This document shows positions 55,527 to 64,000 of a DNA stretch of 64,000 bases, piece by piece. The stretch is from an uncultured Actinomycetes bacterium (GTDB lineage Bacteria; Actinomycetota; Coriobacteriia; Anaerosomatales; PHET01), in NCBI GenBank assembly GCA_963770765.1, contig CAVYQS010000015.1:9194-73193 (forward strand), read 5' to 3'. The notes below the pieces were generated by a model. The model did not search any database and was not told where the DNA came from. It saw only the letters and a program-made list of their open reading frames with translations. Numbering within the stretch: the stretch's first letter is position 1; each line of letters opens with the position of its first letter. Position numbers and translations under genes: made by a program.

Positions 55527-57719
55527 ATGGCGGGGCCGTATCGGTTGCATGTGGCGGTGGACCGGGGGCATGGGCCGGTCTATGTGCTGCTGCATGGGAT
55601 CAACTCCACCGGGCACGACTGGGACACGGTGGTCACAGCGATGGGATTCGACCGACGGTGTATCGCGGTCGATCAGCTCGGCTACGGGCGCTCCCCCAAG
55701 CCCCTCGACATCGAGTACACGCTCGATGAGCACGTCGAGTCTCTGCGGTACACCCTCCGCGACATCGGCGTCACGGAGCCGTTCGTACTCGTCGGGTACT
55801 CGATGGGTGGACCCATCGCGCTGCGATATGCGGCCACCTACCGTGAAGAAGTCGAACGCCTGGTGCTGATCAGCGCGCCGTTCTTCCTCAAGCCCGAGGA
55901 GATGGGAGACGAGGCGTACGCCAAGGCGGTCTTCCAGACCCAAGGCTCTCAGAAGATCATGAACATGGTTCGCAGTGCCGGGTTCGCCAAGTCGGGCGTG
56001 TTCAAGACGCTGTCGTCCGAGGACAAGCAGGTGATCCAGAACGTCATCAACGCCCAGGACCTGAAGACCGACTGGCAGATCCTCCAGAAGAACATCTACC
56101 AGGCCATTCAGGCGCCCGACTTCCCGACCGATCTGCGCCGGGTCAAGGCACCGATCACGTTCATGGTCGGGGAGCACGACACCTTCATCGTCCAGTCGCA
56201 GATCGAGACGCTGCGAACGGACCACGCGCCCAACATGGAGATCAGATTCCTCGCGGACCTCAAAGCCGATCACATGCTGCTCGAGAACGTGCCCACGATG
56301 ATGGCCGCCGAGATCACCCGGTGGGAGGATCGCCGACTCGCGGTCGCTCTGGATCGGGGCGAAGGCCACGTCATCGTGATGCTGCACGGCATCGAGAACG
56401 ACGGCTCGTTCTGGAACCAGGTCGGGGCCGCCCTTGCCACGCGGAACCGAGCGATCTCGCTCGATCTTCTCGGCTTCGGGCAGTCACCGCGCCCGCTGGA
56501 CATCCCCTACAGCGTCGACGACCAGGTCGCTTCGATCGGGGCGACGCTCGATTCGCTCCTGGGTGAAGACGCGACGTTCACGCTGGTGGGGCATTCACTG
56601 GGCGGTCTGGTCGCTGCGGGATACGCGCGCAGGCACCCCGAGCAGGTCGACCGGCTGGTCGTGTTCGCGCCGCCCATCAACAACGCGGACGTGAACGTGG
56701 GCGGCGCTCGGCTCGACCAGGCACGAGCGCTGTTCGTCGACAACTTCGGGACACTCCGGGAGCGGGGCGCCAAGCTCACTCGGCGCAGGGCGGTCAGAGG
56801 GGCGCTGGGTCACGAGCGGCTTTCGCGGTACGAGCCGTCGCTTCGTTCGCTCAAGAACGTCATCGAGTGTCAGACTCTCGCGCAGGATCTCGCGGCGACC
56901 GAGGGCATCCCTGCCACCGTCGTACACGGTACGCGCGACCCCTTTGTGGTTCCCGAGTATGTCCACGCGCTCGCGGAGCTGCGCCCGGGGATCGACGTCG
57001 TGACGGTGGACGCCGCGCACGACATCGCCACCGAGAAGCCCCTCGATGCCCTGGCTGCCATCGATCCCGAGATCGATCTCGAGGAGGCGGCGGTGATCGT
57101 CGAGAAGGCGAAGACCGATCGCAAGCTACGGCCGTCTGCGAACGCCTTCAAGGGGATGTTCGACTCCGATGCGCTTCTCGTCGGCTTCCGCGGACTTGTG
57201 TACCTGCTGTGGGGTCTGGGGCTGACGTTCCTGCCCAACTCGGGGGAGGCCACCTTGCTGAGGATCGGCTTCGCGGTCTTCCTGTTCGCCCGCTCATTGG
57301 CCGTCCTCACCGGGCTGTTCACCACGCGCAGCATCCGGCAAGAACGGCTCACGAGCGCGCTGATGGGCATCGTGGGGATCCTGCTGGGCGTGTTCCTCCT
57401 CATGGCCAGGGAGATCGCGATGCTCATCATCGCTCTGTGGGTCGTCGGGTACCTGATGCTCAGCGGCGTGGTCAATCTGTACGCGGCCTTCCACACGATG
57501 CACTCCAGCAAGCGTCGTCGCCGGCTGATGTTCGAGGGTGGGGGTGCTGTGCTCGCAGCGTCGCTGCTGCTCGCCGGGTCGGTTCTGGTCGCGCAGCTGA
57601 TCATCTTGTTCGTGGGCGTCATCGCGATCGCTTCCGGGGTCTCACTCATCAGCTACGCGCTCGTGGCACGAAAGGCGGGGTCGGTGTGGACGTCCGAGAT
57701 CGTCCCCGACCGCGTCTGA
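55527..57719 (+). CDS. Fusion protein: two tandem alpha/beta-hydrolase domains plus a C-terminal DUF308/HdeD-like multi-TM domain
   Basis: Domain 1: VLLHGINSTGHDW..GYSMGG. Domain 2: VMLHGIENDGSFW..GHSLGG. The last about 190 aa have 5-6 hydrophobic helices. TAGAAT -10 at about 55477. Confidence 0.7.
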   Translation: MAGPYRLHVAVDRGHGPVYVLLHGINSTGHDWDTVVTAMGFDRRCIAVDQLGYGRSPKPLDIEYTLDEHVESLRYTLRDIGVTEPFVLVGYSMGGPIALRYAATYREEVERLVLISAPFFLKPEEMGDEAYAKAVFQTQGSQKIMNMVRSAGFAKSGVFKTLSSEDKQVIQNVINAQDLKTDWQILQKNIYQAIQAPDFPTDLRRVKAPITFMVGEHDTFIVQSQIETLRTDHAPNMEIRFLADLKADHMLLENVPTMMAAEITRWEDRRLAVALDRGEGHVIVMLHGIENDGSFWNQVGAALATRNRAISLDLLGFGQSPRPLDIPYSVDDQVASIGATLDSLLGEDATFTLVGHSLGGLVAAGYARRHPEQVDRLVVFAPPINNADVNVGGARLDQARALFVDNFGTLRERGAKLTRRRAVRGALGHERLSRYEPSLRSLKNVIECQTLAQDLAATEGIPATVVHGTRDPFVVPEYVHALAELRPGIDVVTVDAAHDIATEKPLDALAAIDPEIDLEEAAVIVEKAKTDRKLRPSANAFKGMFDSDALLVGFRGLVYLLWGLGLTFLPNSGEATLLRIGFAVFLFARSLAVLTGLFTTRSIRQERLTSALMGIVGILLGVFLLMAREIAMLIIALWVVGYLMLSGVVNLYAAFHTMHSSKRRRRLMFEGGGAVLAASLLLAGSVLVAQLIILFVGVIAIASGVSLISYALVARKAGSVWTSEIVPDRV

Positions 57720-57834
57720 CGCCTGCGGCTTCGGCATACGCGTCGGGTCGTGTCGTGGCGCTCGGGTAGAATCCAGGTGACCCGTCCGAGAGACTCGCCG
57801 GCGGGCAGTCATCGCTGATCCCGAAAGGTGGCCC

Positions 57835-60604
57835 ATGGCCCCGCGCACTGTCGCCGTGATCGACGGCAACTCACTGATGCACCGGGCGTTCCACGCGCTG
57901 CCGGAGACGATGACCGCGCCCGACGGGCGGCCCACGAATGCCGCGTTCGGCTTCCTGTCGATGCTCGTCAAGCTCGTGGGAGACGTGAACCCCGATGGCG
58001 TGGTGGTCGCTTTCGATCGCGGCAAGCCGGCGTTCCGCATCGAGGCGCTCGCCCAGTACAAGGTGCATCGTCCGCCCACGGCCGAGGGGCTGCGTACGCA
58101 GTTTCCCATGGTCAAGGAGCTGCTCGAGGCGATGGAGGTGCCCATCGTCGAACTCGATGGGTGGGAGGGCGATGACATCCTGGGGACGCTGGCGGTGCGC
58201 GGCGCCGAGAAGGGCCTGCGCGTGCTGCTGGTGACCGGCGATCGCGACGCGTTCCAGCTGGTGAACGACAGCGTCACCGTGGTCACGACACGCAAGGGCA
58301 TCACCGATATCGCATTCATGGGCCCCGACGACGTGCTCGAGCGCTACGGCATCACCCCGGCGCAGGTCCCCGACTATCTCGGCTTGAAGGGCGACACCAG
58401 CGACAACATACCCGGCGTCCCCGGAGTGGGGGAGAAGACCGCCGCGAAGTTGCTCCAGGAGCACGGCAGCCTGGAAGCGGTCCTTGAGGCGGCCAAGGCC
58501 GGTCGGGTCAAAGGAAAGGTCGGGGAGAACCTCGTCGCTCACGAGGGTGCGGCGCTGGCCTCCCGGGTCGTGGCCACGATCGTGTGCGACGTGCCGGTCG
58601 ACATCGACCTCGAAGGGGTGGTGTTCGGCACGTGGGACGATGCCCGGCTCGCGCGGGCCTTCGGTGAGCTGCGCTTCACTTCGCTTCTCGAGCGGGCGCT
58701 GGCATTGCGGGCGTCTGCGGGGGGCGCCGGAGGCGCGGCACCTGCGCCGGCCGGTGCTCGCGGAGTGGCCAGCGCCGGAGGCGCTGACCACGCCTCTCGC
58801 AGGGCCGGCTTCGGCACCACGCCTCCGGCGCCCGAAGCTCGCGATGCGGCAGCTGGGAGCTTGAGCGCGGCTTGTGCGGAGCTTGGGTGCGTTGCGGGGA
58901 CAGAGGGGCTTGCGGCAGGTTCGCGAGTGGGTTGCGGCGGAGAGCGAGTGGCTCGGGGTGGCATTCGGTTCGGCGGGGGACACGCTGTTCGCCGAGACGC
59001 GCGACATGGCTGTTGCCGGGCCCACGGCGGTGGCGATCGTCGACGGCGAACAGGTCGACGACGTGCTGGCGGGACTGTTTGCCGGTGGTCGGGTCGCCGC
59101 GGCAGACACGAAGGCGCTGTTGCAGGAGCTGTGCCCGCCCGATGAGGCGCTCCCCTGCACGGCCGCTGCACTCGACGCCGATCCCGCTCGGCTCTTCGAC
59201 GTCGCCCTCGCGGCCTACCTGCTCGAGTCGAACCGCTCGAGCTACGAGCTTTCGGGCCTGCACGCAGACTACCTCGGCGCTCCGCTGCCCGCGACGCGGG
59301 ACGATCGACCTGACGCCGTGGTGAACGCGCAGGCGACCGCGGAACTCGCCGTCGAGCTCGAAGCGCGGCTCACGGCCGACGGCTCGATCGGGGTTCTGCG
59401 CGACATCGAGATGCCGCTCGTACCCGTGCTGGCGCGTATGGAGCGTGTGGGCGTGGGCGTGGACACCGCGGTACTCGCCGATCTCGCTGTTGAGACCCGC
59501 GAGAGCATCGACGCGTTGCGTGCAGAGATCCACGAGTTGGCCGGAGTGGAGTTCACCATCGACTCGCCCAAGCAGCTCTCGGAGGTTCTGTTCGACCGTC
59601 TCGGACTGCCGCCGGGAAAGCGCACGAAGACGGGCTACTCGACCGACGCCAGCGTGCTCGCCAACCTCACCTCCATCCACCCGATCGCCGAGAAGATCGT
59701 GAGTTACCGCGAGCTCACGAAGCTCACGAGCACCTACATCGAAGCGCTGCCCCGGATGCTCGGTGACGACGGGCGACTCCACACGAGTTTCAATCAGACG
59801 GTGGCAGCGACCGGCCGTCTGTCCTCCAGTAACCCGAACCTGCAGAACATCCCCGTGCGCACCGAGTTCGGCCGTCGGATCAGAGCGGCGTTCGTGCCCG
59901 CGACCGTCGGCGACGTCATGGTCTCGGCGGACTACAGCCAGATCGAACTACGGATCCTCGCTCACCTGTCACAAGACGCGGGGCTCATCGAGGCGTTCAC
60001 CAGCGGCGCTGACTTCCATGCCGCCACCGCTGCGCGCGTCTTCGGAGTCGAGGTCGACCACGTCGAGCCGGGCATGCGTGCGAAGGCGAAGGCGGTCAAC
60101 TTCGGCATCGTCTACGGGCAGACGGCGCACGGGCTGGGCACGACGCTCAAGATCCCCAACGCCGAGGCGCAAGCCATGATCGACCGCTACTACGCGGCTT
60201 ACCCACGGGTCCGCGCGTACCTCGACGAGATGGTGGCGCAGGCTCACCGCGACGGGTGGTCGGAGACGATGTTCGGACGCAAGCGGCGCATCCCCGAACT
60301 GAAGAGCAGCAACTTCAACCTGAGGTCATTCGGCGAGCGCACGGCCATGAACCATCCCATGCAGGGAAGTGCGGCCGATATCATCAAACTCGCGATGCTC
60401 GAGGTGGATCGCCGGCTTCGGGCCGAGGGGTTCGCGTCGCGGATGGTGCTCCAAGTCCACGACGAGCTGGTCTTCGAGGCACCGGCCGGAGAGGTGGAAC
60501 GCCTTTCGGTGATGGTGGTCAGCGCCATGAGCGGCGTGGCCGATCTTGCGGTGCCGCTCGATGTCGGCGTCGCCAGCGGTGCGAACTGGGCACTCGCGAA
60601 GTAG
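57835..60604 (+). pseudogene. polA: DNA polymerase I, frame broken in the inter-domain linker (about 58865-58915)
   Basis: 5' nuclease domain (IDGNSLMHRAFHAL..GWEGDDILGTLA..GDRDAFQL..GDTSDNIPGVPGVGEKTA) in ORF 57835..59145. The exo-like and polymerase domains (..RLHTSFNQTVAATGRLSSSNPNLQNIP..DYSQIELR..QVHDELVFE) are in ORF 58874..60604. Confidence 0.85.
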
Positions 60605-60629
60605 CAGCGGGTAGCGCCGCCCGGCGGCG

Positions 60630-60638
60630 TGGTATACA
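60630..60638 (+). promoter_or_regulatory. Extended -10 promoter element TGGTATACA upstream of rpsA
   Basis: GTGGTATACACT at 60629-60640. Leaves a 5' UTR of about 175 nt. Confidence 0.4.
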
Positions 60639-60819
60639 CTACGCGATGGCTCCCCAGCGGGTCGGAGCTTTGCTGTACCCGCCGGAGCCATGACAATGTT
60701 GGCGCCCCGATGACATGTAAGCCCCTGTAGGCGACGGAACACGGATAACACCGACCCTTCGACGGACCTGTAGGCGACGGACATGAAAAGGGGCCCCGTT
60801 TTGGAAGGGGTCCACAGAA

Positions 60820-62496
60820 GTGACCGAGCAAGAGCAACAAGGCCTTTTCGAGCAGACCGAGTACACCGCCGAGGAGATGCACGCGCTCATCGACGGCACG
60901 ATGACCGACTTCGACGACGGTGATCTCGTACAGGGCACCATCGTCCGCGTCGAGCGTGACGAGGTCCTTCTCGACATCGGCTACAAGTCCGAAGGTGTCA
61001 TCCCCGCCCGTGAGCTGTCGATCCGCAAGGACGTCGACCCGTCTGAGGTCGTCAAGGTCGGCGACTCGGTCGAGGCTCTGGTTCTCCAGAAGGAGGACAA
61101 GGACGGTCGCCTCATCCTCTCCAAGAAGCGCGCCGAGTACGAGCGTGCCTGGAGCAAGATCGAGGAGAAGTTCGAGTCCGGCGAGAACGTCGAAGGCGAG
61201 GTCATCGAGGTCGTCAAGGGTGGCCTCATCCTCGACATCGGCCTGCGCGGCTTCCTGCCCGCATCGCTTGTCGACCTCCGCAGGGTCAAGGACCTGGCGG
61301 CCTACATGGGCCGCCGCCTCGAGGCGCGTGTCATCGAGATGGATCGCAACCGCAACAACGTCGTCCTCTCGCGCCGCGTGGTGCTCGAGGAAGGCCGCAA
61401 GCACGAGCGCGCCGAGATCCTCGGCAAGCTGCAGAAGGGCATGATCCTTCCCGGTAACGTCTCCTCGATCGTCGACTTCGGTGCCTTCGTGGACCTGGGC
61501 GGCATCGACGGACTGGTCCACATCTCCGAGCTCTCCTGGAGCCACGTCAACCACCCGTCCGAGGTCGTCAAGGTCGGCGACCCGGTCAACGTGCAGGTAC
61601 TCGACGTCGACCTGTCCCGCGAGCGCATCTCGCTCGGTCTCAAGCAGACCACCGAGGACCCGTGGAAGCAGCTCGTCAAGAACTTCCCGATCGGCTCGAT
61701 CATCGAGGGCACGGTGACCAAGCTCGTCCCGTTCGGCGCCTTCGTGGAGCTGGGCGACGGTGTCGAGGGTCTCGTGCACATCTCCGAGATGGCCAAGGGC
61801 CACGTGGAGACCCCCGACCAGGTGACCTCCGTGGGCCAGAAGGTGCACGTCAAGGTCATGGACGTCGACGAGGAGCGCCGCCGCATCTCTCTGTCGATGC
61901 GCTCGGCCGCCGAGACGCTCGGCTTCGAGATCGAGATCACCGGACTGCCTGAGGGCGAGGAGTCCGAGGAGACCGAGGGCGACGACGTCGAGATCGTTGC
62001 GGTCGACGTCGATGGCGACGGTGTCGCGGATGCCGTGGTGATGATCGAGACCGAGGATATCGACGGCGACGGCGAGCCCGATGTCGTCACGATCACCACC
62101 GTGGCCGATGTCGACGGTGACGGCACGCCTGACGTGGTCGATGTCGTCGAGGCCATCGACGTCGACGGTGACGGCGACGCCGACATCGTGATCGAGACCA
62201 TCACAGAGGCCGAGGATATCGACGGTGACGGCGAGCCCGATGTCGTCACGATCACCACCGTGGCTGATGTCGACGGTGACGGCACTCCCGATCTGGTCGA
62301 TGTCGTCGAGGTCATCGACCTCGACGGTGACGGCGAAGCCGACATCGTGATCGAGAGCGTCGGCGAGGTAGCCGAAGAGGAGCCTGCTGCCGAAGATGAG
62401 CCTGCGGCCGAAGAGGAGCCTGCTGCTGAAGAGGCTGCCGCTGAAGAGGAGCCTGCTGCTGAAGAGGCTGCCGCTGAGGAGGAGAAGGCCGAGTAG
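60820..62496 (+). CDS. rpsA: 30S ribosomal protein S1 with an about 195-aa acidic C-terminal repeat extension
   Basis: Four S1 domains (GDLVQGTIVRV.., GENVEGEVIEVVKGG.., PGNVSSIVDFGAFVDL.., GSIIEGTVTKLVPFGAFVEL..). The tail has seven DxDGDGxxD motifs and EEPAAE repeats. Confidence 0.92.
   Translation: MTEQEQQGLFEQTEYTAEEMHALIDGTMTDFDDGDLVQGTIVRVERDEVLLDIGYKSEGVIPARELSIRKDVDPSEVVKVGDSVEALVLQKEDKDGRLILSKKRAEYERAWSKIEEKFESGENVEGEVIEVVKGGLILDIGLRGFLPASLVDLRRVKDLAAYMGRRLEARVIEMDRNRNNVVLSRRVVLEEGRKHERAEILGKLQKGMILPGNVSSIVDFGAFVDLGGIDGLVHISELSWSHVNHPSEVVKVGDPVNVQVLDVDLSRERISLGLKQTTEDPWKQLVKNFPIGSIIEGTVTKLVPFGAFVELGDGVEGLVHISEMAKGHVETPDQVTSVGQKVHVKVMDVDEERRRISLSMRSAAETLGFEIEITGLPEGEESEETEGDDVEIVAVDVDGDGVADAVVMIETEDIDGDGEPDVVTITTVADVDGDGTPDVVDVVEAIDVDGDGDADIVIETITEAEDIDGDGEPDVVTITTVADVDGDGTPDLVDVVEVIDLDGDGEADIVIESVGEVAEEEPAAEDEPAAEEEPAAEEAAAEEEPAAEEAAAEEEKAE
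62053..62370 (+). repeat. In-frame 159-bp tandem duplication (2 copies, about 90 percent identical) inside the rpsA tail
   Basis: Copy 1 at 62053-62211 and copy 2 at 62212-62370, each encoding EDIDGDGEPDVVTITTVADVDGDGTPD(V/L)VDVVE(A/V)ID(V/L)DGDG(D/E)ADIVIE... Confidence 0.9.
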
Positions 62497-62521
62497 GCCT
62501 TCTCACAACCAAGGTGTGATC

Positions 62522-62553
62522 ACGAGGCCGGGGCGGCAACGCTCCGGCCTCGT
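62522..62553 (+). terminator. rpsA terminator hairpin
   Basis: 10-bp stem ACGAGGCCGG / CCGGCCTCGT with an inner GCG/CGC extension, followed by TCTCG. Confidence 0.55.
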
Positions 62554-62657
62554 TCTCGCCGAGGTCATCGGGGTCCTTTCGCGCACGGTTTCTCCCGCGT
62601 GGGGGAGGTACGTGAAGTAGGTGCGTGTCTCGGCGATCCGCGCGAAAGGTAACCCTC

Positions 62658-62939
62658 ATGTGCCGCAACATACACGTCCTGTTCAACTTCGAGCCGGCTG
62701 CCACCCCGGAGGAGATTCGAGCTGCGGCGCTGCAGTACGTCCGAAAGGTGAGCGGCTATGCCAAGCCCTCGGCGGCCAACGCTGAGGCGTTCGACCGGGC
62801 GGTCGATGGTGTGGCGGCCGTGACGTCGACGCTGGTCGCATCGCTCACGACGAACGCTCCGCCCCGGAATCGCGAGGTCGAGATCGCGGCCGCACGCGCA
62901 CGGGCCGCGAAGCGGTTCGGAGAGGGGACGTCACGGTGA
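62658..62939 (+). CDS. DUF2277-family small protein
   Basis: MCRNIHVLFNFEPAATPEEIRAAALQYVRKVSG..PSAANAEAF matches the conserved N-terminus of DUF2277 as I recall it. GAAAGG RBS. Confidence 0.7.
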   Translation: MCRNIHVLFNFEPAATPEEIRAAALQYVRKVSGYAKPSAANAEAFDRAVDGVAAVTSTLVASLTTNAPPRNREVEIAAARARAAKRFGEGTSR

Positions 62940-62988
62940 CCACACGTTCGGACTGTCTTTTCCGACCCGCGTGTGGTACCCAAGAGTG

Positions 62989-63603
62989 ATGCATACCATC
63001 GTGGTGACAGGGGGCTTGGGGGCCGGCAAATCGACTGCGGCGGAGTACTTCCGAGACCGCGGCGCAGTCGTCATTTGCCTGGACTCGGTCGCTCATTCGT
63101 TGATGGCGCCGGGAAGCGACCTCCTCGGGCGCGTGGTCGAGGCGTTCGGCGCAGATGTGCTGTTCGCTGACGGGTCGCTCGACCGTTCTGCTCTGGCACG
63201 CAAGGCGTTCGCAGGCCCGGACGCAGCCGAGCGGCTCAACGCGATCGTCCACCCCGCCGTCGCGGCTGAGGTGGGTCCCGCCCTGCAGGACCTGAGGCTG
63301 CTGCCAGAGCCGCCGCAGGTCGTCGTCATCGAGGTGCCGTTGCTCGCCGAGGCACCCGTCTTCGCCGAACTCGCCGATCAGGTGCTCGCGATCGAGGCGC
63401 CTGAGGAGGCGCGGGTCGCGCGTGCTGCCGCGCGAGGCATGAGCGCCGATGAGGCTCGAGCGCGCATCGATGCCCAGGCCTCCGACGCGCAGCGCGCGGA
63501 GCTGGCTGACGCCGTCGTGCGCAACGACGGATCTGCTGATCAGTTCCAAGCGGCGCTGGAGCGCTTCTGGACCGAGCGCGTCGCCGTACCGCATCAGCGA
63601 TGA
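62989..63603 (+). CDS. coaE: Dephospho-CoA kinase
   Basis: IVVTGGLGAGKST P-loop, then D.D..AH..M..G, and AIVHP..VIEVPLL. Confidence 0.88.
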   Translation: MHTIVVTGGLGAGKSTAAEYFRDRGAVVICLDSVAHSLMAPGSDLLGRVVEAFGADVLFADGSLDRSALARKAFAGPDAAERLNAIVHPAVAAEVGPALQDLRLLPEPPQVVVIEVPLLAEAPVFAELADQVLAIEAPEEARVARAAARGMSADEARARIDAQASDAQRAELADAVVRNDGSADQFQAALERFWTERVAVPHQR

Positions 63604-64000
63604 CGCGGCACAGCGCGCTCGCACCGTATCGGCTCGTACTGCTCGGCGTCGTGGTCATCTTGGCCGCGGTCACGGTCCTGTTCCTGCGCGGGCCGGGTGC
63701 CTGGCAGAGGCGCTACTACCAGCTGAGCCACGAACAGGCCATCGCCGATTCCGCGCTGCGCCACAGGGTGAGTCCCTACCTCGTCGCATCCGTGATCGAA
63801 GCCGAATCCGACTGGCAGCCTGACGCCGAGTCCAGCGCGGGCGCAGTGGGGCTCATGCAGCTGCTCCCTTCGACCGCGGAGGAGCTGGCGCGGCGCGACG
63901 TCGTGGACGCAACCGAGTTCCCGCCCGAGGAGTTGTCAGACCCGGTCGTCAATATCGAGTATGGGACGGCGTATCTGCGCTACCTCATCGAACGCTACCA
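63600..64000 (+). CDS. Membrane-anchored lytic transglycosylase (SLT domain), 5' partial at the window edge
   Basis: ATG 63600 overlaps the coaE TGA (ATGA). N-terminal TM LVLLGVVVILAAVTVLF. SLT motifs VIEAESDW..GAVGLMQL..NIEYGTAYL. The frame is open to the end of the window. Confidence 0.8.
   Translation, partial: MTRHSALAPYRLVLLGVVVILAAVTVLFLRGPGAWQRRYYQLSHEQAIADSALRHRVSPYLVASVIEAESDWQPDAESSAGAVGLMQLLPSTAEELARRDVVDATEFPPEELSDPVVNIEYGTAYLRYLIERY

Noticed and set aside
2733-58909. Programmed ribosomal frameshifting as an explanation for the frame breaks.
   Set aside because: None of the junctions shows a slippery heptamer or a downstream pseudoknot pattern. The breaks go in both directions and hit unrelated genes.
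61905-62496. Periodic repeats in this region as a possible CRISPR-like or intergenic repeat array.
   Set aside because: The repeats are in frame within rpsA and encode a peptide repeat. They have no unique spacers of constant length and no cas genes nearby.

Overview
High-GC (roughly two-thirds G+C by eye) bacterial chromosomal window. It is almost fully coding and nearly all on the + strand. The regulators and motifs point to an Actinomycetota-like organism (inference): PdtaS/PdtaR, a GlnR-type OmpR regulator beside glnA, a TCGAAC-N4-GTTCG SOS box, and HisZ plus short HisG. Gene order: O-antigen-ligase-like membrane protein, cimA, FAH hydrolase, MFS, yerC-like, dnaE. Next comes a complete his operon, hisZ-G-D-C-B-H-A-F-[vapB-vapC]-I-E, then an M48-like membrane protein lacking HExxH and a Zn-ribbon microprotein. 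A T-box (Trp, UGG specifier) leader controls trpE-trpGD-trpC-trpB2-trpF-trpB-trpA. After that: NlpC/P60 hydrolase with a long structured leader, nadE, GNAT, class I aldolase, accD-accA, pfkA, class II aldolase, lsrF-like aldolase, Zn-ADH, LOG, a UvrD-like helicase behind an SOS box, an L,D-transpeptidase, a broken MFS gene, tRNA-Leu(CAA), pdtaS-pdtaR, Lrp-LysE and a Tat-secreted protein of unknown function. A nitrogen-assimilation block follows: an HdrB-HdrC fusion, a three-polypeptide archaeal-type glutamate synthase with no gltD in the window, glnA and a glnR-like gene, all behind a leader terminator. The window ends with a tandem alpha/beta-hydrolase-DUF308 fusion, polA, rpsA with an acidic DxDGDG repeat tail, DUF2277, coaE and the start of an SLT transglycosylase. 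I saw no CRISPR array, rRNA, transposase or integrase. Main caveat: at least 12 single-nucleotide frame breaks interrupt otherwise conserved genes. These are either assembly indels or pseudogenes, and the sequence alone cannot tell which. Best candidates for something new: the HdrBC-like / split-GOGAT / GS / GlnR module with its leader attenuator, the S1 repeat tail, the catalytically dead M48 homolog, the T-box-controlled trp operon carrying both TrpB2 and TrpB1, and the Tat-secreted unknown protein.
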